Made by a program: the position numbers and the translations under genes
Notes under the pieces: model-generated
What the model saw: the letters and a program-made list of their open reading frames with translations, nothing else
Database searches by the model: none
What the model was told of the DNA's origin: nothing
Shown here: one piece after another, positions 7,504 to 17,773 of the stretch
How the letters are laid out: every line of letters starts with the position of its first letter
Position numbering within the stretch: position 1 is the first letter of the stretch
Source of the DNA: Candidatus Baldrarchaeota archaeon
GTDB lineage: Archaea; Asgardarchaeota; Baldrarchaeia; Baldrarchaeales; DXJG01
DNA: 32,000 bases
Direction: 5' to 3'
NCBI GenBank assembly: GCA_019056805.1
Contig: DXJG01000009.1
Coordinates: 207,454-239,453, forward strand

Positions 7504-8694
7504 GTGATAGATTTAACAAATCGTGTCAAATCAATAGAATATGCCATTAGAGATGTAGTTGTTTATGCCAAAAAATTAGAAAAAACCGGTAAAAAAATCT
7601 TATACCTGAATATCGGGGATCCTTGCAAATACGATTTCGATACTCCTCAACATATAAAAGAGGCATATTGTGAAGCAATAAAGAAGGGATATAACTGGTA
7701 CAGCGATTCCAAAGGACTTCCAGAACTAAGAGAAGCAATAGCTGAAAAAGAAAAACGAGTAAACAATATAGACATCGACCCAGAAAACGTAATCGTCACT
7801 TCTGGAATCTCAGAAGCAATAAAAATGGTTATAGCAGCATTAATTGACAACGGAGATGAAATACTAGTTCCAGGACCGACATATCCACCCTACATAGCAT
7901 ATACTAAGTTTTTTGGAGGTAAACCCGTAGCTTACAGATGTATCGAGGAAGAAGGTTGGCAACCAGATATTGAAGATATTAGAAACAAAATAAGCGAAAA
8001 AACAAAAATACTTGTAATAATAAACCCAAATAACCCTACAGGAGCATTATACAACGAGAAAACAATTAAAGAAATATTAAATATTGCCGCTGAACATGAA
8101 CTCGTCGTAGTTTCTGACGAAATCTACGATCAAATAGTTTACGAAAAAAGACATACCAATACAGCTAAAATTGCTAATGAAATTCCCGTAGTAGTTTTTA
8201 ATGGATTTTCGAAAGTATATCTTGCACCAGGATGGCGTTTAGGCTACATGTACTTTTATGATCCAGAAGGAAAATTAGAAAATCTTCGTGAAGGTATTGA
8301 AAAAGAAGCTAGAATAAGATTAAGCGTAAACACTCCGGCCCAAGTAGCCGCTATAACCGCCCTTAGGGGGCCACAAGATCACATAAAAGAAATGGTGGAA
8401 AAACTAAGAAAAAGGCGAGATTATACCTGGAAAAGGCTTAACGAGATCGATGGTATAACTTGTGCAAAACCCGAGGGCGCATTTTATGCTTTTCCTAAAA
8501 TTAATCTAGGAAATAAATGGAAAAACGATAAAGAATTCGTTTTAGGGCTTCTCGAAAATACTGGAGTCCTCGTAGTCTTTGGCTCAGGATTCGATCCTAC
8601 GTATGGTAAAAATCACTTCCGAACAGTCTTTCTACCTCCATTAGAAACCCTTGAAGAAGCATTTGACAAACTAGAGAAATACGTGACTTCATAA
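7504..8694 (+). CDS. PLP-dependent class I/II aminotransferase (AlaAT-like)
   Basis: LNIGDP, INPNNPTG, SDEIY and GFSKVYLAPGWRLG (PLP lysine) motifs. Start chosen at GTG 7504; the ORF opens at 7495. Confidence 0.92.
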   Translation: MIDLTNRVKSIEYAIRDVVVYAKKLEKTGKKILYLNIGDPCKYDFDTPQHIKEAYCEAIKKGYNWYSDSKGLPELREAIAEKEKRVNNIDIDPENVIVTSGISEAIKMVIAALIDNGDEILVPGPTYPPYIAYTKFFGGKPVAYRCIEEEGWQPDIEDIRNKISEKTKILVIINPNNPTGALYNEKTIKEILNIAAEHELVVVSDEIYDQIVYEKRHTNTAKIANEIPVVVFNGFSKVYLAPGWRLGYMYFYDPEGKLENLREGIEKEARIRLSVNTPAQVAAITALRGPQDHIKEMVEKLRKRRDYTWKRLNEIDGITCAKPEGAFYAFPKINLGNKWKNDKEFVLGLLENTGVLVVFGSGFDPTYGKNHFRTVFLPPLETLEEAFDKLEKYVTS

Positions 8695-8770
8695 AATAAC
8701 TAGACACATTCTACTTTTTTATATGTACAGAAATTGAAAAATAAGATTTTCAAGATAAAAATTAAAGTAA

Positions 8771-9571
8771 TTAATCTTTGAAAATATAAGCATCTTTGAA
8801 TTTTTTTATAAATTCAACAACTGACATATACTCTTCAACAAACTGCTTGTATCCATTTTCAGTTTGTTGTCCCTCTAATGGTTGAGCTTGGACTTTTTCC
8901 ACAATAGACCAACGAGAAACGTTGTCTTGATTAAACGATGTAAATTCTCTTTCATCGACGTAAAGAACCCTAAGTTTTTCGGGTCTTTCGTATATCTTCT
9001 TCTCATATCTTTTCAAAAATGCCTCATAAATCGGCCTCTTAGCTCCACCAAGTAAAAACTTAGCTTTCATAACACCAGAAGTTAAATGTACTTCAATTTT
9101 TTCGAAAAATTTTTCACGATACTCAACAGTTGGTATAGTCCCTCTTCTTCTCACCTCGGTTAACTTTTTGGGGGCCAAAATCATTCCCCTATCAACTAAA
9201 ACCCTTTCAATCACAGTAGCTATCTCAGAAGCTGATGATTTGGCAAGAGGATCTATAACTTCAGGTGTAACAATGTTTACAAGAGGTATAGGTTCAGAAG
9301 GTCTGAGTTCTGCGGGATTGAAAACTAAAACACCTATTGCTTCTTCAACTTTGACCGGATGTCCCTTATAAAGAGCAGTCCCCTTAATAACTCCAGGACC
9401 GATGAGACAAGACCTAACAACGTCTTCATGTATCAATGTCCAGAGTTGTTTAGACATTATAAGTACTTCTCCATTAAATTCAACGCCTTTAACATGGGGG
9501 AGAGATAAATCTGGGATATGTGTGTCTAAAAGCCAGTAGAGAACAGTATCAGCAGCTTCGTATTGTGTCAA
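8771..9571 (-). CDS. Hypothetical protein (266 aa)
   Basis: Long ORF with normal codon usage, TTG start preceded by GAGGGT, 2 nt downstream of the preceding gene. No family recognised. Confidence 0.75.
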   Translation of the reverse strand: MTQYEAADTVLYWLLDTHIPDLSLPHVKGVEFNGEVLIMSKQLWTLIHEDVVRSCLIGPGVIKGTALYKGHPVKVEEAIGVLVFNPAELRPSEPIPLVNIVTPEVIDPLAKSSASEIATVIERVLVDRGMILAPKKLTEVRRRGTIPTVEYREKFFEKIEVHLTSGVMKAKFLLGGAKRPIYEAFLKRYEKKIYERPEKLRVLYVDEREFTSFNQDNVSRWSIVEKVQAQPLEGQQTENGYKQFVEEYMSVVEFIKKFKDAYIFKD

Positions 9572-9573
9572 AT

Positions 9574-10749
9574 TTATACCCTCAAATTTGTTCTTACAAA
9601 TTTGTTCATTAAATGATTAAAGAGATATTTAGATAAAATCTTTACTTTTTCTTCTCCACGTTGTCTGACAAGTTCCTTTACTTTTTCTTTTATTTCCGAA
9701 ATTGGAGGCTCTCCAGCGCCAAACCTTGAATACATCTCTGTAATAACATGTACAACTGCATCTTCGACTTCCATGCCCTGTTCTATAAGGGTTTTGAGTA
9801 CTTTTTCAACAGAGTTTAGCAGAAAGTCCGCTTGTTCCTCTCCGTGTCTTCTTCTTGCAAGTCTGATATCTCTTTCTAGAAAATCGGTTGGTTTAACTAA
9901 ATCTGGTTCAACTTTTCCTCCTCGTGGAACTGGACCACCAATAAAAACGTACTGTGAAATCTGAACTTCCCTAGGAACGGGTCGATGTATCGAATTCAAA
10001 ATTAACTCTAAATAGCTGTCTTTCATTAGATCTGAAACAGGTTTTGATAAATCTTCGATAGTGGTAGCAATTCTATCCTTAATATTTTCAAAGAGTTTTA
10101 TTCCTTTAATATCCTTTATTAGGTTATAGATTTTTGTCAGAAATTCCTGGAGCTGTCTTTTTCTTTCCTCTAACATTTCCATTGCTTTTTCTTTATCTAT
10201 TCTCTCGAGAGCACATATTAATGCTAGGGCGGCATCCAAATAACTTGAATTTCTATGACTTTTCAACCACTCATCCATTACGGGTTCAATAACTTCTTCG
10301 ATAACCTTTTTCCTTTCATTTAGAAAATTAATTATCGAACCTTCAGAAATTGCTTTTTCATCCGATATTATACGTTCCCAGTTGGCAAGATTTCTTACAG
10401 ACTCCTCAGCTTTTTTCCTAAAAGTTTTATATAAATATTCTATCCATTTTCCTTCTTTTACTGCAAAATTGAAAAGATAAGATGAAACATCTGGAACTTC
10501 AAAATCCAATTTTTTAAGTCGTTCCATTTCATTTACCAATATTTTACATACACTTTCGGCATCAATAACGCCATCAAGTTCTAACCTAATAGCGACCTTG
10601 GCGATTTCTAGCGGGACGTCAAGTTTTTTAGCCAGTTCTTCTGCCTTTTTATTAGGTATTTTCCTAGCTTTTTCCGCCAAATCACCATAAGTCTCTTCAA
10701 ATTCCTTAGTAACCATTTTAGTATATTTTCGAGCATCATTTTTTTCCAT
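9574..10749 (-). CDS. Hypothetical, largely alpha-helical protein (391 aa)
   Basis: Long charged helical ORF with a Gly/Pro motif (FIGGPVPRGGKVEP). No family recognised. Confidence 0.8.
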   Translation of the reverse strand: MEKNDARKYTKMVTKEFEETYGDLAEKARKIPNKKAEELAKKLDVPLEIAKVAIRLELDGVIDAESVCKILVNEMERLKKLDFEVPDVSSYLFNFAVKEGKWIEYLYKTFRKKAEESVRNLANWERIISDEKAISEGSIINFLNERKKVIEEVIEPVMDEWLKSHRNSSYLDAALALICALERIDKEKAMEMLEERKRQLQEFLTKIYNLIKDIKGIKLFENIKDRIATTIEDLSKPVSDLMKDSYLELILNSIHRPVPREVQISQYVFIGGPVPRGGKVEPDLVKPTDFLERDIRLARRRHGEEQADFLLNSVEKVLKTLIEQGMEVEDAVVHVITEMYSRFGAGEPPISEIKEKVKELVRQRGEEKVKILSKYLFNHLMNKFVRTNLRV

Positions 10750-10940
10750 GACGAGTCTTCTCCAACACAGATATAAGTGGATGATAAAAGTTAAAGAAAC
10801 ATTATGACCTTAATATTTATTAGTCTTTCATAATTACTGTCACTCATATTTTTTCACTATTTAATGAGTCCTAGTAAAAAAATTTTTATAAGAAAATTAT
10901 GTATGTGTGTGGGATAAAATTGACGCGGGGAGAAGATGCG

Positions 10941-12158
10941 ATGAAAAAAATAGTGGTAAATAAAATAGGTATAATACCGATAGAAGAACAACCAGTGGAA
11001 ATGGTTGAAAGAAAAGGATTAGGGCATCCAGATTCGATATGTGACGGAATGGTAGAGCAGCTTAGCATTAATCTTTCAAAATATTATATTGAACATTACG
11101 GACAAATACTTCATCATAATGTCGATAAAGGAAGTCTTGCTGGGGGGCGAGCAGAACCAAAATTTGGTGGAGGGGAGGTTCTAGAACCCATCTATTTATT
11201 GGTAATTGGAAGAGCCACAACAGAAGTCTTTAGAGAAAATAAACTTGAAAGAATACCAATAGGAACCATCACAATAACTTCAGTTCAAGAATATCTTCAA
11301 AAACATTTTAGATACCTAGATACTACAAAACATGTTCAAATAGATTATAAAATAAGACCTGGTAGTCAAGATTTAACAGAATTATTCCAAGATCCTTCTA
11401 AAATTCCACTATCAAACGATACAAGTTTTGGCGTAAGTTTCGCTCCACTTTCTGAAACGGAAAGACTTGTACTAGAAACTGAACAATACCTAAATTCACC
11501 AAAACTGAAAAAGGAACTACCAGAGGTAGGAGAAGACATTAAAGTAATGGGTCTAAGACACGAAAACAAAATACGATTAACAATCGCAGCAGCAATAATA
11601 TCTTCTTTAACCTATGACCTAGATCACTACATAAATGTGAAACAAGAAATAAAAAATAGAGTTCTAGACTTAGCGGCAAAAATAACCGATAAAGAAGTAG
11701 AAGTATTTGTTAACACAGCCGATAAGATAGATAGAAACAACCCAAGAGTCTATATAACTGTCACTGGTACCTCCGCAGAGTCGGGAGACGATGGTCAAGT
11801 TGGTCGTGGAAATCGTGTCAACGGATTAATAACTCCAATGCGACCAATGTCCCTAGAAGCTGCAGCAGGAAAAAACCCAAGAAGCCATGTCGGAAAAATA
11901 TACAATGTCCTGGCAAAACATATAGCAAACAGAATTGTGGAAGAAGTTAAAGGAATAAAAGAAGTCTACGTGCGAATTTTAAGTCAAATAGGTAAACCAA
12001 TAACCGAACCTCAACTCGCCAATGCACAAGTTTTACTTGACGAAGACACTAATTGGAATGTAGTTAAAAACGACATTGAAGCAATACTAGAAACAGAAGT
12101 AAACAACGTCACAAAATTAACACAAAAAATAATCAACGGGGAGTTTCAAATCTTCTAA
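10941..12158 (+). CDS. mat: Archaeal-type S-adenosylmethionine synthetase
   Basis: VERKGLGHPD, HHNVDK, NDTSFG, GEDIKVMG, GTSAESGDDGQVGRGNR and AAAGKNP..HVGKIYN motifs. Start placed at ATG 10941. Confidence 0.95.
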   Translation: MKKIVVNKIGIIPIEEQPVEMVERKGLGHPDSICDGMVEQLSINLSKYYIEHYGQILHHNVDKGSLAGGRAEPKFGGGEVLEPIYLLVIGRATTEVFRENKLERIPIGTITITSVQEYLQKHFRYLDTTKHVQIDYKIRPGSQDLTELFQDPSKIPLSNDTSFGVSFAPLSETERLVLETEQYLNSPKLKKELPEVGEDIKVMGLRHENKIRLTIAAAIISSLTYDLDHYINVKQEIKNRVLDLAAKITDKEVEVFVNTADKIDRNNPRVYITVTGTSAESGDDGQVGRGNRVNGLITPMRPMSLEAAAGKNPRSHVGKIYNVLAKHIANRIVEEVKGIKEVYVRILSQIGKPITEPQLANAQVLLDEDTNWNVVKNDIEAILETEVNNVTKLTQKIINGEFQIF

Positions 12159-12185
12159 AATTTAGAAAGATATTTTATATATTGC

Positions 12186-12416
12186 CTATACTCCAAGAAG
12201 AATCAGAAGAAAATGTAACCCAAAACCTAAAGATAACGAAAATATCAGTATAGAAACAATTATTTTAATCCATGAAAGCCTCGTGCTATATTCCACGTGA
12301 ATTATTAAACCTGTTAAAGCTAAAATTCCAACGATTATAAGTAGTGCTGTTACATAAGGCAATAGTTGATAAATGTATATTTCGATTTTAGGCCACTCAA
12401 ACATTCCTTTCACCAT
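12186..12416 (-). CDS. Small membrane protein with 2 predicted TM helices
   Basis: 76-aa ORF with two hydrophobic segments filling an otherwise intergenic gap. Confidence 0.55.
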   Translation of the reverse strand: MVKGMFEWPKIEIYIYQLLPYVTALLIIVGILALTGLIIHVEYSTRLSWIKIIVSILIFSLSLGFGLHFLLILLGV

Positions 12417-12744
12417 TCTATCCTTATTATTTTAATGAAGTTTATGTAACATTTTTCTTGATTTAAGTCTCAAGATTTAATAAATCTTGACTTTGTGTCT
12501 AACATTAATAATCGAGGTAACTTTCAAATCGAAACCACTAGGAAAGGTAAATATTTAAATTTTTCGTCATTTTCTCCGATTTAAAATAAAATTTTTCAAC
12601 AAATATCTAGGAAATAACATTTATACGTTTTTTCCGAAGATAACAAAACAAGGTAACAATTTTATCTTAGTAAACGTTTAGATGTTAAAAGAACGGACAC
12701 GCTCATCAACAGGAAGGATGTATGGTTAGAGAGGTGACAGTATA

Positions 12745-13353
12745 GTGATGCGTACTCAAGAAAAGAGTAGAACAAAAAAAGAGGTTATTGAAGTTGTTAT
12801 ACTTATATTCATACTTATTGGAGGAGTTTACGGAATAGACGCGGCATTAAAATTTACTCTAAACACGTCAAAACCCGTTGTAGTAGTTGAAGGGCACAGC
12901 ATGGAACCCACACTTTACGAGGGAGATATCCTAATAGTTAAGAAAGTGGACCCAGAAAAAATCCAAATAGGAGACATAATTGTTTTTAACCCATCAACAT
13001 GGCCACCTCATATTCGACCAAACAAGCCAGTCGTTCATCGAGTAGTAGATATCAAATACAATGAAGAGAATGATCAATACCTATACTTAACCAAGGGAGA
13101 TAACAATGTAACAAACCCTGTTCCAGATCCAGCATGGGTACCCTACGAAGACGTTTATGGCGTTGTTATATTTATTATACCACGAGTAGGGATAATTTCC
13201 CTCTGGCTAAGAAGAACACACCTAGCCCCCGTAATTATTGGAGTACTCATAGTAATCATGATAGTGCTAACACTGATGGAAAAACCGGAAGAAGAAACAG
13301 AGGAGCAAAAGGAGGAGGAAATAAAATCATCTAAGTTTCCTTCTCTTCATTAA
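12745..13353 (+). CDS. sec11: Signal peptidase I (Sec11-type)
   Basis: N-terminal TM, VVVEGHSMEPTL (Ser), PVVHRVV (His), TKGDNN and a C-terminal TM. GAGGTGA SD. Confidence 0.92.
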   Translation: MMRTQEKSRTKKEVIEVVILIFILIGGVYGIDAALKFTLNTSKPVVVVEGHSMEPTLYEGDILIVKKVDPEKIQIGDIIVFNPSTWPPHIRPNKPVVHRVVDIKYNEENDQYLYLTKGDNNVTNPVPDPAWVPYEDVYGVVIFIIPRVGIISLWLRRTHLAPVIIGVLIVIMIVLTLMEKPEEETEEQKEEEIKSSKFPSLH

Positions 13354-13963
13354 TATATCTGATACACTCCGAATAGGTTTCTTTGTCCAAAATATTTCGC
13401 TTATATAAGTATTCTATCAATTCTGTTATTTGCAAAATGTTATGTAGTCTAACACCTATTTTACTCAAATTTTTTGATCCGCCCTGTTCTCTATCAAGGA
13501 AAACAACTACATCTTCCACAATTCCGCCCTGTTCTCTAATATTCTTAACGGACTTAACTATGCTTCCTCCAGTTGTTATTAAATCATCGATAATAACCAC
13601 TTTATTACCCTGTTCTAAAATTCCCTCGACCATCTTCTCTCTACCATGAGCTTTTTGTTCTTTTCTAACATAGATTAATGGTAAACCGAGTTTATGGCTT
13701 ACAAGAGTGGCAAATGGAAGACCTGCGGTTGGAACGCCTGCAATACGATGAACTTCGGTTATTTCATTCTTAATCAACTTAACGTACATATCGCACACTT
13801 CATTAAACAAGTTGGGAAAACTTGGTATAAGCCTCATATCTATATAAAATGGGCTTTTCTTCCCAGAAGTCAATGTAAAACTCCCAAAACTAATTGCATT
13901 AGTTTCTACCAGTATCTCACAAGCTCTAAGCTTAAGCCTATTCTTAATATCATTCCAGTTCAT
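13331..13963 (-). CDS. pyrE: Orotate phosphoribosyltransferase
   Basis: FTLTSGKKSPFYIDMR, YVRKEQKAHG and the PRPP motif VIIDDLITTGGS. Confidence 0.93.
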   Translation of the reverse strand: MNWNDIKNRLKLRACEILVETNAISFGSFTLTSGKKSPFYIDMRLIPSFPNLFNEVCDMYVKLIKNEITEVHRIAGVPTAGLPFATLVSHKLGLPLIYVRKEQKAHGREKMVEGILEQGNKVVIIDDLITTGGSIVKSVKNIREQGGIVEDVVVFLDREQGGSKNLSKIGVRLHNILQITELIEYLYKRNILDKETYSECIRYINEEKET

Positions 13964-14666
13964 CAATAACTCCCCTCTTATATTCAAATACCTCAAAGAT
14001 TTCTAAAGATTGCCCCCTTAAATTTCTTCCAAACAACTTTTCCACAAAAATCTCAAGACTCGTACGAGAATCCGTATGATAAGGAATAGCGACCCTAGGC
14101 ATACTCAACTCTGCAATTTTAACACCACTTTCATAAGAAGCCTGAGGAGCTAAACCAACAGTACAAAAAACAATATCCAAATCAAAATTTTTACCAATAT
14201 TCTTCATTTCAGGAAATGGCAAACTATCACTAGTATGAAAAACTGTAATTCCATTATTAAAACAAATTATATACGAAACAGGTTCAATAGACACATGATT
14301 AGACTTTTCCACAAAAATCTCAACACCATCAATTTCTACTTCTGAACGCGGAGAAACCGCTATTAAATAATCTTTAGGAACACAATCACTTAACTTTTTA
14401 ACAACATGATGTGGCGCTACAATCTTAGATTTAAAAATAGCTCTAATTCTGCTAATAAGCAAGGGATTAAAATGCCCAGGATGCTCATGAGTAATTAATA
14501 CAGCATCAGCTTGCTTAAAATCAGTTGCATCAACACCAACAGGATCAACAACAACAGTTGACTTTTTAGACCGCAAAATTACTCCACTACGCTTATTAAT
14601 CCACGAAACTAAAACAGCATCGTCATCAGGCATAATTTCAAATATCGGCGAGACCATACTAACCAT
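13950..14666 (-). CDS. Metallo-beta-lactamase-fold hydrolase
   Basis: VVVDP, LITHEHPGH, FHTSDS and IPYH motifs. ATG 14666 follows a GGTGG SD. Confidence 0.8.
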   Translation of the reverse strand: MVSMVSPIFEIMPDDDAVLVSWINKRSGVILRSKKSTVVVDPVGVDATDFKQADAVLITHEHPGHFNPLLISRIRAIFKSKIVAPHHVVKKLSDCVPKDYLIAVSPRSEVEIDGVEIFVEKSNHVSIEPVSYIICFNNGITVFHTSDSLPFPEMKNIGKNFDLDIVFCTVGLAPQASYESGVKIAELSMPRVAIPYHTDSRTSLEIFVEKLFGRNLRGQSLEIFEVFEYKRGVIDELE

Positions 14667-14688
14667 AACTCGCCACCATATCAGTACC

Positions 14689-15825
14689 TTAACCACTCAT
14701 CCATGATCTAAGTAACCTTACCCATAATTCAAGTTTCACGAGTAGTCCAGGTAGACATAAAACAATTATACCGAGAAGAGCAAGAGCGCCTAAAATCCTT
14801 CTTTTCTTATCCAGCTTACTCACATCATTTAGAGGTCCAGGGTGTCTTGCCATAGCTATAAATAAAGCAATAATAGCGAATAAAGAATATCCCAAAACAA
14901 GTAAGATCAAAACAGCAATATACGAAATATATTGATGCTTCTTTTCGTCGAATAAGGCTCTAGCCACATGTCCACCGTCCAATTGACCAACAGGGAACAG
15001 GTTAATCGCCGTGATTAACATTCCAAGCCAACCAGCAAAAGCAATAGGATGCAACATGATTACAACTTCAGTATTAGGAGGAACTTCCGGGATCTTAACT
15101 AAGAAATACGCCAAAATTTCAAATAAAAAGGGAGGTGGTAGAGGAACACCTTCAACCTCCCCAATATAAACTTTAGAAAGCATTAAACCAATAATCGAAG
15201 CAACTATGGAAACTAAGAAGCTAACTAATGGACCTGCTATACCTAAATCAAAGAGAGATTTCCGATCAACTGGAGGAGATCTTTGCCTAATAATTGCTCC
15301 AAGGGTACCGTAGGGTGGAAACATGGGAATAAAAATCGGTAAATCAGCTTTAATACCATGAAGCTTACTTGCAGTAAGGTGTCCCAATTCATGAAGCCCG
15401 ATAATCCCCAGAAGGGAAATAGCGAAACCAAGCGCAACAATCCATGGATTAATTGCACCGAATGCTGCTGCTATCAAATAACCTGATAGGAAAACAGTTG
15501 ACGATGTTACTATAAGCGATGCGAAACTCCAAAATTTTGCTCTTTCACTTGGTGGTGAAAACGGAGCTACTATAAGAAGATAATTTGGATCATATTCTCC
15601 AGGTTTACGTAAAAATGCTATATATCCTTTTTCTACAAGAGCTTCTTCAACTTCGCGAAAATATTCTTCAAGTTTTTCCTCCTCAAATGGAAGAACGGTA
15701 AGAGAAACTGCAGCTCCTCCATATTCTGTTGGAAAATTTACATCCAAAATATAGAACTTTCTCTTAACTATTTGGGTAATTTCATTAACATCCTCACTGA
15801 AATACAGATCGTCATTACTGCTCAA
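14689..15825 (-). CDS. Site-2 protease (peptidase M50)
   Basis: LHELGH (HExxH), AGPL and NLFPVGQLDGGH motifs, multiple TM helices. Confidence 0.92.
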   Translation of the reverse strand: MSSNDDLYFSEDVNEITQIVKRKFYILDVNFPTEYGGAAVSLTVLPFEEEKLEEYFREVEEALVEKGYIAFLRKPGEYDPNYLLIVAPFSPPSERAKFWSFASLIVTSSTVFLSGYLIAAAFGAINPWIVALGFAISLLGIIGLHELGHLTASKLHGIKADLPIFIPMFPPYGTLGAIIRQRSPPVDRKSLFDLGIAGPLVSFLVSIVASIIGLMLSKVYIGEVEGVPLPPPFLFEILAYFLVKIPEVPPNTEVVIMLHPIAFAGWLGMLITAINLFPVGQLDGGHVARALFDEKKHQYISYIAVLILLVLGYSLFAIIALFIAMARHPGPLNDVSKLDKKRRILGALALLGIIVLCLPGLLVKLELWVRLLRSWMSG

Positions 15826-15939
15826 AAACTACACCTCTTATTTTTGAAATTTTACATCAAATATAAGTATATCCAAAACGATACCAATTTAAATATAACA
15901 TCCCTAATCAAATAATTACTAACAACAGGGCTGAAAGAC

Positions 15940-16434
15940 ATGAAAATAGAACATGTCGAAGAGAAAGGATACATAATAAGGGAAGCAACACAGAGTGATA
16001 TATCAGAAGTTATGCATATAAACAGATTTTTTTTCCCCAAAAACTCCCCGCCATACTTTTTCCTCCAACTTCAATCAAACTACTCTAAAGCATTTTTAGT
16101 AGCTGAAAAAGATGGAAAAGTAGTTGGCTACATAATGTGTAGAGTAGAATACGGAAGAACAAGTTTCGGATTTAGATTGATAAAAAAGGGACATGTAGTT
16201 TCAATAGCAGTTTTACCTGAATATAGAAGACAAGGAATAGGAAAAAACCTGTTATTAAACGCTGAAAATGCCCTAAAAGAATATGGTGCAAAAGAGGTGA
16301 TACTCGAAGTTAGAGTATCAAACATACCAGCAATAAAATTGTATGAAAAACTAGGTTATGAAAAAATAAAAGTACTAAAAAGCTACTATAGTGATGGAGA
16401 AGACGCCTATCTAATGGCTAAAAAACTAGTATAA
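15940..16434 (+). CDS. Ard1/RimI-like N-terminal acetyltransferase (GNAT)
   Basis: GYIMCRVE, GHVVSIAV, RRQGIG, LEVRVSN..AIKLYEK and YYSDGEDAYLM motifs. The PENY motif appears as PKNS. Confidence 0.9.
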   Translation: MKIEHVEEKGYIIREATQSDISEVMHINRFFFPKNSPPYFFLQLQSNYSKAFLVAEKDGKVVGYIMCRVEYGRTSFGFRLIKKGHVVSIAVLPEYRRQGIGKNLLLNAENALKEYGAKEVILEVRVSNIPAIKLYEKLGYEKIKVLKSYYSDGEDAYLMAKKLV

Positions 16435-16492
16435 GGGGTATTCGCCCCGGAGGACTTTGGTTTTGATCTTTAAATTTTTACATTATCCAAAA

Positions 16493-17620
16493 ATGAAAGA
16501 AGTAGTATGTAAAATATGTGGGAAAAAGAGTGTTTTAATTTCTGAGAGTATCGGCGTATGCGGCAATTGTATTAGGGAAAAACCTGAGGACGCCTTACCT
16601 TATGCATTGAAAACTCACGAGGAAAGTAGAAAAAGATTTAATTTACCTCCACAACCACCAAAAGATAAAAACGGAAAGAAATGCGGTCTATGTGTAAACG
16701 ATTGCAGAATACCCGAAGGTGGAAAAGGATACTGCGGCTTAGTGATAAATAAAGATGGAAAACTAATAAGATTAGCAGGAACACCCCAAAAAGGATTATT
16801 AGACTGGTATTATGACCCATTGCCCACAAATTGTGTAGCTTATTTCGTCTGTCCAGGATGTGTAGGCACAGGATATCCAAAATACGCTTACAAAGCAGGT
16901 CCAGAACACGGATACTCAAATTTAGCCGTTTTTTACGGGTCGTGTAGTTTTGATTGCTTGTTTTGCCAGAATTGGACGTATAGAGAACTTTCATCACGTT
17001 TAAAACCGCTTATCACTGCCGAAGAATTAGCAAGTAAGGTACACCGTAGAGTTTCATGCATATGTTATTTTGGAGGGGATCCTTCACCTCAGATGCCTCA
17101 CGCATTAATGACCTCAAAGTTAGCTATAGAAAAGGCTAAAGAATGGAATGGAATTATGAGAATCTGTTGGGAAAGCAACGGTTCAATGAATTGGAACTTA
17201 TTAAAACAAGCAGCAAAATTGTCATTGGAATCAGGAGGATGTATAAAATTCGACCTTAAAGCGTGGTCAGAACCGCTAAACATTGCTTTAACGGGAGTAA
17301 CAAATCGACAAACCCTAGAAAACTTCAAAAAACTAGGTAAATACATAGAGAAAAGACCAGATCCCCCCTTCCTAGTAGCAAGCACATTATTAATACCAGG
17401 CTATATTGATGAAGAGGAAGTAAGACAAATTGCAAGCTTCATAGCAGATATAGACCTCAACATACCTTATGCACTCTTAGCATTTTACCCACAATATTAC
17501 ATGACAGATTTGCCAACAACGAGCAGAAAGCATGCTGAAAGATGTCTAGAGGCAGCAAAAAAAGAAGGATTAACAAGAGTAAGAATAGGGAATGTTCACT
17601 TACTTTCAAATGCGTATTGA
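16493..17620 (+). CDS. Radical SAM protein (PFL-activating-enzyme-like) with N-terminal Cys-rich domain
   Basis: CSFDCLFCQN (CX3CX2C), FGGDP, ESNG and KFDLK motifs, plus extra CxxC pairs. Confidence 0.9.
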   Translation: MKEVVCKICGKKSVLISESIGVCGNCIREKPEDALPYALKTHEESRKRFNLPPQPPKDKNGKKCGLCVNDCRIPEGGKGYCGLVINKDGKLIRLAGTPQKGLLDWYYDPLPTNCVAYFVCPGCVGTGYPKYAYKAGPEHGYSNLAVFYGSCSFDCLFCQNWTYRELSSRLKPLITAEELASKVHRRVSCICYFGGDPSPQMPHALMTSKLAIEKAKEWNGIMRICWESNGSMNWNLLKQAAKLSLESGGCIKFDLKAWSEPLNIALTGVTNRQTLENFKKLGKYIEKRPDPPFLVASTLLIPGYIDEEEVRQIASFIADIDLNIPYALLAFYPQYYMTDLPTTSRKHAERCLEAAKKEGLTRVRIGNVHLLSNAY

Positions 17621-17705
17621 AAACAATTTATCCAACTAACATGTCAAAGGGAAGAAAACTACCTTTATTCCCTTATTTTAGGTATCTGTCGCCATTTTAA
17701 CATAG

Positions 17706-17731
17706 CGTTAAATTTATATAGAAGTGCTATT
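17706..17731 (+). promoter_or_regulatory. TATA-containing promoter/operator shared with the second thermosome gene
   Basis: CGTTAAATTTATATAGAAGTGCTATT is 25/26 identical to 30990-31015. Confidence 0.7.
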
Positions 17732-17773
17732 TGACTGCAATTGTAAGATAATCGGGAAGAAGGGTGGTGCAAA

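Noticed and set aside
9565-9590. CAAATTT/AAATTTG hairpin at the junction of the two hypothetical genes as a BHB intron joining them
   Set aside because: No central 4-bp helix or bulge geometry. The loop contains an SD for the downstream TTG, so these are separate genes.
12665-12715. TGATGA on the minus strand upstream of sec11 as a C/D sRNA
   Set aside because: No properly spaced CTGA D box.
16435-16448. GGGGTATTCGCCCC mini-hairpin after the GNAT stop
   Set aside because: Only 4-5 bp with no supporting context; at most a minor terminator.
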